From NCBI GenBank assembly GCA_040285855.1, contig JAUFOQ010000006.1, forward strand, positions 1,612,001 through 1,676,000: a DNA stretch of 64,000 nucleotides, given 5' to 3'. The translations under genes and the position numbers were made by a program. The notes under the pieces are model-generated. The model was not told where the DNA came from and ran no database searches. It worked only from the letters and a program-made list of their open reading frames with translations. The stretch is from Eukaryota sp. GEM-RC1. Its lineage: Eukaryota. Each line of letters begins with the position of its first letter. Position 1 is the first letter of the stretch. Positions 23,554-35,863 of the stretch are shown here, in pieces.

Positions 23554-25474
23554 TCACGAATTCGATAAACTTTTAAACACCATATCTTCAAAATAATTCA
23601 ATAATTTAAAATTATCTGACAACACTTCAATAGAATTGAATTCTTCACATATATTAATCCAAACCTTTCCAGTCCCCAACTTACTACTACTATAATCAAA
23701 CTCGATAGAAGCAACTCCATCATTCTGCTTCGTATTAGCAATCAAATCAGGATCAGTAGAGATCTGATTACTAATCAAAACGTTATATACCCCCCGAACA
23801 GTAGCTTTCCCAGTAATCAATCTAGGAGCACCCAAAGAAGAGCTCAAATCAGGAACAGAAATCACATGTCCCTTTGCTGACCTCCTCGTCACGTCAGCTT
23901 GATTAATCATTCCCTTAAACGATCCTACAAGACAATCATTCTCAAGTGGTTCTAATTGAAACAAAGATAGAACCTGGGGGTCAAGGAACGCTTTTTCATA
24001 GAAAACTGGAGATAGAGGGTGGCGATGTGATTCCCCCTGTTCTAGAACTTTGTATTTGATATCTGAACCAACAGTAGTAGAAAAGGGAAGGTAGTTCGTC
24101 AGCGACCCTGATGCAATCAAAAATGATTGATTGGCTTTTAAATATGGACTAATCAGATTGAACACTTCAGTGGCACCACAAAAGTTGAGTAATGGGTAAT
24201 AGAAATACTGTACAACACTTGAACCCTTCTCCACTTCAGATGCTTCACGGTCAAAATCAACGACAGAATCAGCGTGATACTGTGAGCGGAAGTCCAAAAA
24301 CACCACAGAATAATGTCCCAGTCGCTTAATCAAATCACAATCAAACTCTGACCCCAACACTCCTCCTCCAATGATTACACACGGAGTCCTTACCATCTCC
24401 TGAAAGATCTCATCATAAAAGGAATCCGCAACCATCACTAACCTTCTTCTCCCATTCTGCTTCACTTGCTCCCCCTTCTCTGTAATAGTAATGGGAATAA
24501 CTGGAGAAGAAGTAGTAAACTCCATTTGAGCTTTGATTAGGATATTATCAGGGTTGTTGTTGATGGCTAAGTCTTGGAACTGTTGGCTGAAGAACTGGGG
24601 ATAAGTAGAAAGTTCAGAGTAGATCTTGGGAGCAGTAGGTCCGACAATAAAGAAGGGAACTTCAGGACCGATTTGAGAACCAATGATGGAGATGACGGAT
24701 GTAATTGATGACGTGTCAGCGACGTCAGTTGCCAAGATGACGTTTTTGCCGGCGGAGATCTGAGACTTACAACACAAAGCTATTTCAGTCTTGATATCAC
24801 TAATATATCCCTCCAAAGAGTCAGCGGGATCATCAAGATGGTCAATAAAAGTCAGATGTAGGCATGGGAGGAGAGGTGGCATAAATTGCCGAGAAGGACG
24901 AAGGAAATGTAGAGACTATAGGATCGTTATTTTGCAGATGGAAGACAGAGGGCAGTGGGAGAGGTGACGGCAGAGAGGGAAGAGAAACAGATGAAAGAAG
25001 TAGAACGTGGTAGTCGCCATAATTGAGAGTGAACAAGGCGGAGCCTAACGAGCAGCCGTTGGGATAAGGAGTGACTATGAGAGAATCATTAGAATTGTTC
25101 CCTACCCCAGTGAATGAGGCCATTCCAATGTTGATCTTTTCACCAAAGGAAGAGACATGGACACAGGAACGGATGAGAGGAGGTAGAGATTCAAAGAAGT
25201 GACGAGAGTGGGAGTAGACGGGGTATGTTAGAATGATAACTGCGGAAAAGTCTGGATGTTCAATTAGTTTATTAAGTGACCCGAGAAAAGTCGAAGATGA
25301 GATTAAAACAGCATCAAGACTAGGGACATCTAATGTTGAGATGTAGAAAGATTGATCAACTGACAGACTATCAGGATGAGGAGCTTCAAGACCTACATCT
25401 AAGAGTAATTGGAATCCAGCAAAGTCTATAAGCGAGGAATAAGTACCTAATGCAGTGACAGCGAAGTCAAGCAT
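23554..25474 (-). CDS. INTS9: Integrator complex subunit 9-like (inactive MBL/beta-CASP); one apparent +1 frameshift near 24847-24850
   Basis: LLLDVGL, LDAVLISS...L.KLIEHPDF and VTPYPNGCSLGS match INTS9 N-terminal motifs. No HxHxDH metal motif. Confidence 0.7.
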
Positions 25475-25574
25475 TGATCAGATGCTGAAGTGTTGGATCT
25501 TGAAAAACTCAACACTCAAAAACTTTCAACAACAGGATCTCCTCCATTATTCTACGTCCACTAAGCCTCTTTTA

Positions 25575-26943
25575 ATGGCTACAGTTACCACTAAAAAACG
25601 TAGTAAATCTAATTCTAAACGGGCCTCTGCTTCTTCTAAATCTCGACCTGTTCACATTCCTACTGATATACCTTCATCTGCTGAGTATGTACCTAAATCT
25701 GTTTATGATGCTCTCCAAAACGACTATCTTGATCTCCAAAATCGCTACAACGAATTCGAACTATCCTTCTTCGAAGCTGATCGTGGACATGGAATCTCTG
25801 TTAATTTTCTCCAAAATGCTCTCGCTAAGAAAGAAGCAGAACTCTCAGATATCAAAACTGAAAACGCAAAACTGCATGTTTCAGTTGAAGATGAACGCCA
25901 AAAGATGCTGCAAGACATTGAGAAAAGAAGACTTGCTCTAGAGAATTCCTTCGAGGAAGTTCGTTCTGAACTTGCTGCTACAAATGCAGAACTTGGAAGC
26001 ATTGAAAGAGTTTAAAGAGAACAAGGAACAGTATCATCAAAAGATTCAAGAGTCTTCTGATTTTGTTGAACAGAATAAGAAATCTTTACAAGAACAGATC
26101 CAGTATTTAGAAGATTCTTTTATTAAAACTCAGAATGAGCGGGAAGCGAGACATTTACAAGAAATTAAAAGGATCGAAGAAACTTCACATGCTCGAGCTG
26201 AACAAATTCTTCAAAAATTGTATAAGGAAATGGTCGACCAGAATAGAACTTTAGCTAGTGATATACGTTTCCACACACAACATTCTTCTGAATTAGAAGA
26301 GCGAGCTAAGAAAGCAGAAGAGAAGTTGGCTAAGATTATGATGGACAAATGGTCTGAAGAGACGATGGTGGGTGTGCAGGTCAAGAAGAATCAAGAGGAC
26401 GAAAAGAAAATTTTAAATTTGAATAGTAAGATTCTTGAGCTTGAACGGCAACTATCAGAATTGATTAACAAAGCAGAGGACTCTCGAGCAAAAGATGTTG
26501 ATAAGATGCAGATTCTATTAGAAGAGTTGACGTTGGAAAATGAAGCCTTGAAGAGATTGGTCAAATTAAAATCAGCAAAATTGAACAAAATTAAATGTTT
26601 GGCTGATTACATCGTCAAACAACGGACTACTGTCGAACATTTTCTGTTGACTTCCCTAGAATATGTTAAAACTCAAGCTAATGTTGAGTCGTTACGAACC
26701 ACTCTGTACTCGTCATCAGCTCCACGTCATCGAGGTCCTGATTTAAGGTCAATGTTGAATAATACTGATTCAATCAGTTTTGATTCATTGGCTGACGTCA
26801 GTGATCTTGATTTTTCATCAATGAGCTGGACTGTCAAAGAACAGGTGATTAAGTTTCTGCTACAGTCTATTAGTGATTCCACTAATGAGTCTAAGTTCGC
26901 AAGTTCGTCTTCAATCAAAAACGTGGCCAGTAACTCCTTTTGA
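25575..26943 (+). CDS. BBOF1: Basal body orientation factor 1 (CCDC176)-like coiled-coil protein; one apparent +1 frameshift near 25992-25996
   Basis: KIKCLADYIVKQRTTVEHFLLTSLEYVK and MSWTVKEQVIKFL resemble the BBOF1 C-terminal motifs. Confidence 0.75.
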
Positions 26944-27178
26944 GCTCAAAATTACCCCAAATTCGATAGTTTTTTATTTGTATTATTTTTGTATTATATT
27001 TACTGCTGACAGTTGATTGCTGTCATTTGTTTTTCAATATTTTAGGATTGATTAATTCTGATCTCTGAATTATTACTTTTTTCATTGTTTTTTTGATTAT
27101 TAAAACTGTTTTCATTGAACAGCATGTCTGAATAATATTAGAAACCCAGATTACCAATAAAACTGTTTCTGTCCAATT

Positions 27179-27955
27179 CTAAAATACTTTGAAAAATTCA
27201 ACATCCACAACACTCCAACGATCATTCCTTTCCAGTTTCATAATTGAAGCATTCCCATCTTTCAACGCTCCTGGATTAATCACACTACATTCCCCAACTG
27301 TCCGAAGTCCTCTACAACCATGAGAATGGCCATGTACATTGGCCAGCATACTCTTGTTATACTGGATAACAACATCACTAAGAGATTTAGAACCCATCTG
27401 GATTATGTTGGACTCGTTTACATCGAGAGTTGTTGATCCTTCAGGACCAGAATGAGTTACTAGAATGAATTGGTCATCACCAGAGACGAGACGAAGAGCA
27501 TCAGAGAGATCGGAAGCAAAGGCAGACTCGTCAGTGTAAGGATGACCGTCATAGAAGAGACTATTGCCAACATAGGAAGGGACAGAGCCACCAACTCCAA
27601 CGAAAGAAAGACCAGGAAGAAGTTCAACACGTTTCTTGTGGACACATTGGCGTAAAATGTTCTCTGATGCAGGTAAACGTGAATGCAGAATCGGATCGTG
27701 ATTTCCAAGAACATAAACAACAGATGAAGTCATTGAAGAGATTGCAGATAGAAATTGACTGAGACGTGCATCATATTCAGGTAGTAAGTCTATGTTGATG
27801 TTATGATCAAGATCAAGAATATCGCCACAAAGTATACAGAAATCAATAACGGTGTCCTGCAGTTTTCCAGCTAGTGAATCTATAGCCGAAATAGAATCAT
27901 GAATGTCGCTAATGATCAGTACATTAAGAAGATCATCTGGGAGGTGTGTCAACAT
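27179..27955 (-). CDS. Calcineurin-like metallophosphoesterase
   Basis: Motifs SDIH, GD, GNHD, VTH, HGHSH and INPG. Confidence 0.92.
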   Translation of the reverse strand: MLTHLPDDLLNVLIISDIHDSISAIDSLAGKLQDTVIDFCILCGDILDLDHNINIDLLPEYDARLSQFLSAISSMTSSVVYVLGNHDPILHSRLPASENILRQCVHKKRVELLPGLSFVGVGGSVPSYVGNSLFYDGHPYTDESAFASDLSDALRLVSGDDQFILVTHSGPEGSTTLDVNESNIIQMGSKSLSDVVIQYNKSMLANVHGHSHGCRGLRTVGECSVINPGALKDGNASIMKLERNDRWSVVDVEFFKVF

Positions 27956-30265
27956 TTTGTCCAATTTTCTTCACACATCATTTGATCAGATGTCTGAGTC
28001 CAAGATCCGCAATTGGCTTTGTCTAACACTTGATAAGTTGTTGTCATGATGTTTTGGTTTTGTTCGTGCAGTTTTTGATAGACCTTAACCCTTGTTGATG
28101 ATTCAAACCAGTTTGTTTTTTTCTTTTTTTAATGGAAGAAATTTCTTTTAAAACACTCTTCGCTATGGATAATCATTATTAGACTCTTCATGATGACTTA
28201 CTGGCTTCAGTTTTCTTCTGTAACAATGTGAGTTCTGTTCCCACCATTTTGTTCTGGTTTCCTGATGTTCCTTTGACTTGCTTATTCGTCGATTACTTAA
28301 AAGCCAATGCATGTTAGTTAAATTTTCCTTGGGTCTTGCTCCACACAAAGGAAAAGAATTTGAATGTTATAATCGGAAAGTTATACATAATTTATCGAAG
28401 GTAGAAAGTTAGACATGGGTTTTCCGGAGGCTTGCTCCTTAATAGTCTACAAAGTCTTCAGTGGTAGCCTCAACCAACTCAGAGAGTGCCTTGAAAAATG
28501 CCTTGAAACTATGAACTGGAAAATACATCATTAGTATTAGTACACGCATAATCTCATAATTTTAGAAATTATACACCATAAGTACTACACATAAATGTTT
28601 TTATATGAAATGCAAAAAGTACTAGTCTTATACACGAACTAGTGGGACTTAAACAGTTGTCTTTTTTCTTCATTGGGACCAGGGAGTTGTGCAACCGCCT
28701 ACCAGTGGCCACTCCTTCCTCTTCCATAGAACAATCAAAGGATGTAATCTCTTCAGAATCCGACGGCAGTTAAAAATACTGATTTTGAAGCTTCATCGAC
28801 TTCTTCAGCTTGTACAGTGTCTTCGTTGTCACTTGTAACATCACTACATGCGGTTTGATCTCTGTTTTATTGTGGTATTGGACTTGAGGATTTTACTGGT
28901 ATCTTTCAAACAGAATGCCTTGTTTTAGAGTTGGTATTTATCATGTGGAGCAATGAACAAGACTTCTAAAGAATTCTTTAACACTTCTGTAATTTACTGG
29001 TTAGGGTGAAAACACTAATATTATTATTATCGAAGTTATTCTTAATGTACCAAATTATAGAACAACTATATTTAATTTCAAGCTATGGTCTAAACTCTCG
29101 ACTTCGACCTGACAGTAAGCAGAGCATACTAGCAGATTTATGCTGATGCCACGGATTCTTGGCCTGGTAACGTGATTCTAAAAAGCGACCAGTGTAATCC
29201 GTCACCCTATCAAAAAGGGTTTTTGATAGTTGGAAAGAGAAGGACCTCCTGTAGCAGAGTTCCAGACTTGGGAAAGAGCAGAGAGCACTTCTTGTGTGGA
29301 GAAAGAGATACGTTTGGTAGTAACTTGATCTGGGCAAACATTTTCAGGTTGGTGATTTTTTAGTAGACTTTCCTTTGTGTTTTGATGCATGTTGTCTTCG
29401 ACGATGGGTCTCACGATGTAGTTCTTGAATGCGGAGTCATAGCCAGCGAATTTTTCTAGATACTCCTTGAGTTTGTCGTCCTGTGCTGCAGCTTCTGTAT
29501 TGACCAATTCGATATAACGCTTAACACTAGGTGCAACGGAGTCTTTCATGGATGCATCGGATTTTGTTTTCTAAAAGACCTTAACCTCGTCTAAAAAACG
29601 ACCAGTAGCAGGACGCAACGAGGACGAATTACAGTAACAGTATCTGAAGTCTGCATTCTCACTGGAGATTGGACAATAACATTATTGTTCCTGAACGCCT
29701 AGGAATTATTGGGTAATGTTGCCTTTAGGCGTCATCAATGAAAACACACGGGAAGAAAAGATCAAACTACAAACAACAGTACCGAATAAAGAGTAATGTT
29801 TGTGTATAGTATCCAAGGGTCTCGAACAGTGTGTTAATCATAGTTTTCAATAGTTTTTAGTGTGTTGTGTGTATGATGACTACCATTTATATCTGACTGC
29901 GCTTGGATCTAAAACATCCAAATTTTGTATCAAGATACCGCTTTCTTCTACCTCAGCTACAGATCCATTCATATACACAATCTAGATGCTCTATTGACCA
30001 AGTTGATCATGATATATGTTGAGTTTGTTGTTCTGTCTCCATGTTCCTCTGAATGTGCCAGACATTTTTTTAACATGATACTCATTTTGATCCTTAAAGT
30101 CGAAACGGCATTCGCTGTATAAAAACACTTTATTTGTATGAGGAATATTACTATGGGCTAGGATAGTTGCGAATATTCCGTCTGTTAGTTCCTTCATCTA
30201 AGTTAAGATGATGACAAATGTTACAGTAATATGCTGTCTGGCCCTACTCAGCTCCTTGCAGGAAA

Positions 30266-30835
30266 TTGGGGATTAGTGACTGTAAAAAACTGGTCCTTAG
30301 ATCTAGACATATCCCAATATATATAAATATATATTATGGAAAGGTTGAACCGCTAATGGCTGGACTCTCAGATCAGCCTAGATTTGATAAAAGTCGTGGT
30401 GATTTAATTGCTTTTTGGATTTCGTGTCAAGAGATTATTAGGGAGTTCGCTGCTGTTGATCCCTTTAATTGCAGTTCAGTTTCGAAAATTCTAGATGAAA
30501 ATTAATTACCTTTCAAGACTGCGGAAAATGGTAAGGACACAAACGATGGTGGCTCAATTATTAGGCTGAATGCTGATAGATATAACTGTTTTGGTTTTCA
30601 GCCATTTGCTATGTCACTTTATGGTAATATTGGTCCTACAGCACAATAGCTTCTAGTCTCTTTTGAAAAATTGTCCACAGAGTATGGAAAGGTGTTCAAT
30701 GCGGGATTGTGGCTATCAAGAATGACTTTTTCTTTGTTTTGGTCGATGTTTAGATATTTCAATTCTATTTTAGTTAAATTGTTTGATTCTAGTCAGGTGG
30801 AGTTTAGTTCAGATACTTTAACGAGTGTCTTCTAG
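30266..30835 (+). mobile_element. Decayed CRE-like retroelement endonuclease region
   Basis: Motifs KVEPLM, SRGDLI, FQPFAMSLYG and LWLSRMTFSLF. Related to 62660-62840. Confidence 0.7.
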
Positions 30836-31646
30836 TTTTGGTTAGTGTACATTGTAGGAGGTAAGTTGGTGTCTTCAAATATACAATTTTTTAACCCAAT
30901 ACAAGCAACCGCATATCTGATACTAACAAACACATTTTCTTGCTTGTATTGGAACCCTTTTATGTGGTCAAGTGGGCACAGCTATTTTTCCAGAATTTTT
31001 TCAGAATAGGTTGTGTCCCATTGTTCCGTAATGTTACATTTACATTGTAAGATCATTGTAGCAGAGTTTACAATTGTTGATTACACTGCATTAATATACC
31101 ACTTGTTTTATTCACAAGAAGGACTTTGTTGTATCTAGTGTTTTATAGATTCAATTGTGATAAGTCTTTTTGTTCTTTTATTATTATCCTTGTTAAACAA
31201 TACAAACTCTCACCGAGTTCTATGGAAAATTTCCACAACAATCAGTGAGCTATGGAAATATTTAATTTAACGCTTTGATGATTGCATATGCCATTTTGAA
31301 ACAATTCCATATCCTTAGAATAACTGCTGTTTTCTATTAATTGGAAATAGATATCAATTCTCAGAGTTGTTTGAAAATCAATGACATAAGTATTGCAATA
31401 CAATATTTCTTTCGGTATCCCTTCCGTAGTATCTTTTGGAAGGCATTATGAAGATAAGAGTGATGGAAAATTTCAAAACGGAATTTTGGTATTTGAGGAT
31501 ATTGATTTGTTAGATGTATGTCAAATACTTGTTATATGTGCGCTTCAGTGTAAAAAAAACGGGGTTTATGATCAGTCAGTGAAATATAGTTTTTATATCT
31601 ATTCAAACAAATTTCATACGGATTTTTTCTACATTATTAAAAAAAG

Positions 31647-31750
31647 TAGGGTTGTTAAAAGGTCACAGGTCAGGTCAATTCATTTGATGACCTTGACCTG
31701 ACCCGTGACCTCATACTTTGGACCTTGACCTGACGTTTTTAACAACCCTA
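31647..31750. mobile_element. 104-bp hAT-like MITE
   Basis: TIR TAGGGTTGTTAAAA/TTTTAACAACCCTA and GGTCA/TGACC subterminal repeats. A related end lies at 48080-48120. No clean TSD. Confidence 0.75.
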
Positions 31751-32157
31751 AAGTAAATTTGATACATTAATATTTGACTCTGGGTAAATGCACCACATTA
31801 TCAGGGTGCTTATTATTGATTGGTGAAGTGTGGTGTGGTTTGTCTTATGTGGTGCATATTGATTGTGGTGCATTTTACAAAAACAATAGAATATGTGGTG
31901 CAACTTTAGTCAATATTCACAAGGATGAGAATGAGTCGTGAACGCATATCACCTCTCCACTGTACTGTACACACAACATGAAGACTTAATGAAACAAAGT
32001 GGGGGAATTATGAGACTAGGAGCAGAGCTGTAACGGATTCCACAATCCAACGGAAGACTACATATCTTGTTTACTTTGACATGATTGACAACTAGATTCT
32101 ACAGTACTTGTCTACGTTTGCAACGTGTCCAAGACTTCATTTACTTCCCTACTCTTC

Positions 32158-33976
32158 ATGTCTACACCTCCTAAAAAGCAGAAACGTTTAGATATCGACC
32201 GCGAAACAACACCTCCACTTTCTTCTCACGACGAATCGGTTCAGGAAGACACTCCTCCTAAGAATGTCGCACCGGATGTTCATCATCATCCATCTCAGAT
32301 AAAGGATCAAGACTCGTCTCCAACAACAATGAATCAACTCTTATCAATATGTTCTGCAAAACCAAACGAAGACCACTTTATGATTCACGAACGCTTCCGT
32401 GAACAATACCATCAGTTTCCTTCTTTCATTGGGTTAGGAAGGAGAAACCCAAACTTTCATTATGGAAGTTATGATCAACCCACAAACTCCCCATTTTTTG
32501 AAGCTTTGAAGAACAACAATGGAGTTGCAATTGTTTGTATTGGTCTTGGAGAAATGAGAGAGATCCCAACTGTGTTTGAAGGAATACCAGTTGAGGTTAT
32601 TAGTGACTATGAGACAAAAAAGATATATCGTACGACCTCAATGTCCGAAAGACATCCTCTTCTTCCAAATAACGCACACTTTACCACAGCCATGGACGCT
32701 GCAAACTCGCTTCAAAAGCATCTTCGGGATTGCTTTTATGTGATTCCTAATCACCATGAAGAACATGGACTGGTCCTTACAGCCTTTGTTCTGAGTCCAG
32801 TCTTCAGACACCATGGTTTGGAAATGTTCCCGTTGACCTGGTCCATTTCAGGTGTACCATTTAAGGTTTTATATGAAAGCGAATTTGTTGTCCGAGATGT
32901 CAAGACACGTAGTCAAGCAGCAGCAGAGGAAAAAGTAAAGCAAGCAGCAGCAGAGGAAAAAGCAAAGCAAGCAGATGCACCAACTACTGAACCTGCAGAT
33001 CCGACTGCGATTTCCTGTGGAATGCCTGTAAAGATTGGAAGCTCTCAAGGAACTCTTGGATGCATTGTTAAAGATGGGACGTCTCAATTCTTATTGACAA
33101 CTGCGCACTTGCTACCCGGTGCGCCTAGTAGAACTACAACGTATCTAGGGTCACAACCATCGACTAACATCGAGATAGAGACTGCTACGAGGTCAACTGA
33201 TTTGTCATTTTCTGTTTCACAGGCGGTACTGGCAACAAAATACTCATTTTGTAATCAAGAAGTTGTTTCGCCTTTTAGTGTCTTTATTGATGCTGTGGCA
33301 ATTCCAATTCCCCCTCCCACATAGGGTCAAAGTTACTTCATCAGTAGTTGATAGAGAGCATTGGAAGACTGTTGCAGGTTCAATTTCGCCTCTAGTACGT
33401 GAATATTTGAATGGCAAGACTGACGAAGAAAAGCAATGGCTGACTAGCACCAACGACAACCGCGAAGTCCGAATTACAGGCAATGTAGTTGATCCTTGTC
33501 TCGAATGGTTTGGTAAGACTGTTTGGAAGACCACACTCAACAGAATGTTCAAAATTAGACTTGGGGAAATTTCACTGGTTGCTCACGATTCAAGAATCTT
33601 AGACTTCGACCTCACACGAACTGCTGTACCACCTCCAGTACCAGGAACTTATCATGTACGTGATACATTTGATGCCAAAGGAAGAACTTCTGTACCACCT
33701 CCAGTACCAGGAACTTATCATGTACGTGATACATTTGATGCCAAAGGAAGAACTTCTGTACCTATGGAGGACATTCACTCAACTATCGTTGTTGCGATAC
33801 CCGTGTGGTTTGACCGCACCTTTGGTGTACCAGGTGATTCAGGTTCAATTGTGTTTGATCTTAAGGGAAATGCTGTTGGTCTATACCACGCAGCTGGTGT
33901 GCACTATTCTTATGTGACGCCGTTGAGCTCTGTTCTTAAGCATTTTGGAGTGGAATTTGCGAAACCCGAAGAATAG
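32158..33976 (+). CDS. Trypsin-like serine protease (Ssy5/NAL1-like) with N-terminal extension; one apparent +1 frameshift at 33310-33314
   Basis: GTLGCIV...LLTTAH (His), IDAVAI (Asp) and PGDSGS (Ser) form the catalytic triad. Confidence 0.8.
33624..33762 (+). repeat. Perfect in-frame 66-nt tandem duplication inside the protease domain
   Basis: VPPPVPGTYHVRDTFDAKGRTS occurs twice with identical DNA. Confidence 0.95.
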
Positions 33977-35863
33977 TACTGTAGTAGTTGACAATAAATG
34001 GTTTTGATGGATCAATTGCTTTGACTAAAACTTGCATTTATTTAAAATAAATACATTACTTCCCAAGGAACAATAACTGTAGTTACACATTAGGGTGTTT
34101 AGCAACCATCTTAGAGTTGTGTTCAGCAATTCTTACAGCAATTGCTCTCAATTAAATACAGATTTTCTTGACCAATATGAAAGCGAATCTGAGTCCTCTT
34201 AAATGATTGATGGACTGACTTCCTCCTCTCTTACGAATAAACTTCTCTAAATTGAGCAGAAAGTCTTCAGACATTGTACCTGATTTCACTTGAAGGGAAA
34301 TTGTCGGAGGTAGAAATTGCAACTTGATGGCTCGATTCTGGTTTAGCTCACCGATCATTTTCTTGTACTTATTATTCTGATCTAACTCAGATGGATCAAA
34401 TTTGATTGGTCTTGCATTCGAGTACTTCTTGTTTCTTCCTTCTTGAAGATTACCGACAGCTTAGTAATTCAAAGCTCCGTCATTAAATACGCTGGAACTA
34501 GAATATCTTGGTCCAGTTGGAATATACTGATAGAGTCGTCTATACTGATGATTGATGCATAGCCGATAACATTGGTAAGCTTGTTTGGCTGTTGAAGAAT
34601 TGTATATGCTAGTATGACTGCAGGAGCGATTGCAATTGATCGAAAATTGGAATACACAGTTCTTGATCCATACTATTCAAAGTTGTTTCACAACATTGCT
34701 GACGATGCAACACACGCGCGAAACAGATTTTCGGGAATTTTTTGTCAGCTACAAAGACCAATTGTTGTGCTGCTTTGAACAAGTTCTAATGAGACAGAAG
34801 ACTTCAGGCTATAGAGTCAAGAAATTCGATTCAACTTCCCCAGTACATTGTTGACTATTCTACAATAGTTGTATACTTCAATACGTAGTAAAAAGAATAA
34901 TGGTGAAGAAGCAACAACTGAATAGGTACGCGTATCTACTTCAATCAATATAGTCTTCAAAGTTCAGAAGTTTAGTGAACTAATTGCAAAATACCTGACT
35001 TGAAAGTCAAGTATTGTGTTATGAATGGCAATTTTAATAGAAATTGACCAAAGACAAGTACATTGTACACATTTTCGAAAAATAAATACTAATCTCAAAT
35101 CTTTCAAGTTGACTACGAGACAAAGTTCTCCCCTCTAACGAACTGTTCCGATTCATTGAAGTACGTCGACTAGTGTACACCGGCGACCTGCTTTTTTACC
35201 AAGAAACTATTTCAACTTATTGTCAGTCACACCGCTATTATGGATCTCATTGTAGCCATAATTGCGGGATCTCTCAAGCGTAATGGCCATAATGGATGGG
35301 GATCCATTTCCAAATTGCCATAGTTATGGACATGTCATAATTCCAACCCCTGACCGTTGCGGATGATTCCAAAAGCAACACACTAATAGGAAGACAAGAC
35401 TGTTCAAGTAGCAAGAGTCAACACTTATTTCCAATATTCCATGATATCGATTGATGGTGTTGAGTAATGTGAATGATCGTGGAGATGAGAGAATGCGTGC
35501 TAAATGATGACATGGTCTTAACACACACAACAAAATCCAAGATACAAGCAAAGACACAGACTATACCACGGTCATGTAGTTACAATGGATAAAGAGAAAA
35601 GAAGATGAACCAGTCACAAATGTATATTTGAAAATTGAGAAGAAAGAGAGACATGACAGAAGGATGTGAAAATGGATTGGAGCGTGAGGGAGAGTGTCAG
35701 AACTTTTGGAAATACCTAGGAAGAAAGAGGAAGAAGAGACGGAAAAGTGATCCGAAAAGAAATTCACAGTATTCACTTTTGCACCTCACTATTGTATATA
35801 CTTCGACTGTTTACCGGTCACACCACTTCAGATCTGTTGATATAGTCACATTTTTGTAACATA

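Noticed and set aside
28140..30200. Broken minus-strand ORFs (29202-29549, 29991-30197, 28163-28348)
   Set aside because: Multiple stops and no recognisable motif. Probably decayed gene or element sequence that cannot be assigned.
4800..33324. Euplotes-like +1 frameshifting at stop codons, since several upstream ORFs end at T-GA or T-AA where the next frame continues
   Set aside because: Out-of-frame reading necessarily ends at such junctions. Homology (e.g. REVELIAM, ELEALKEF) places the shifts upstream of the stops, and -1 cases are equally common.
35160..35352. snRNA-like features: GCTTTTTTAC resembling U5 loop 1, and an AATTTGG plus hairpin on the minus strand
   Set aside because: No proper U5 stem and no other conserved snRNA motifs. 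The repeated CCATAA/TTATGG motifs beside a CAGGGG terminus are better explained as a hAT end.
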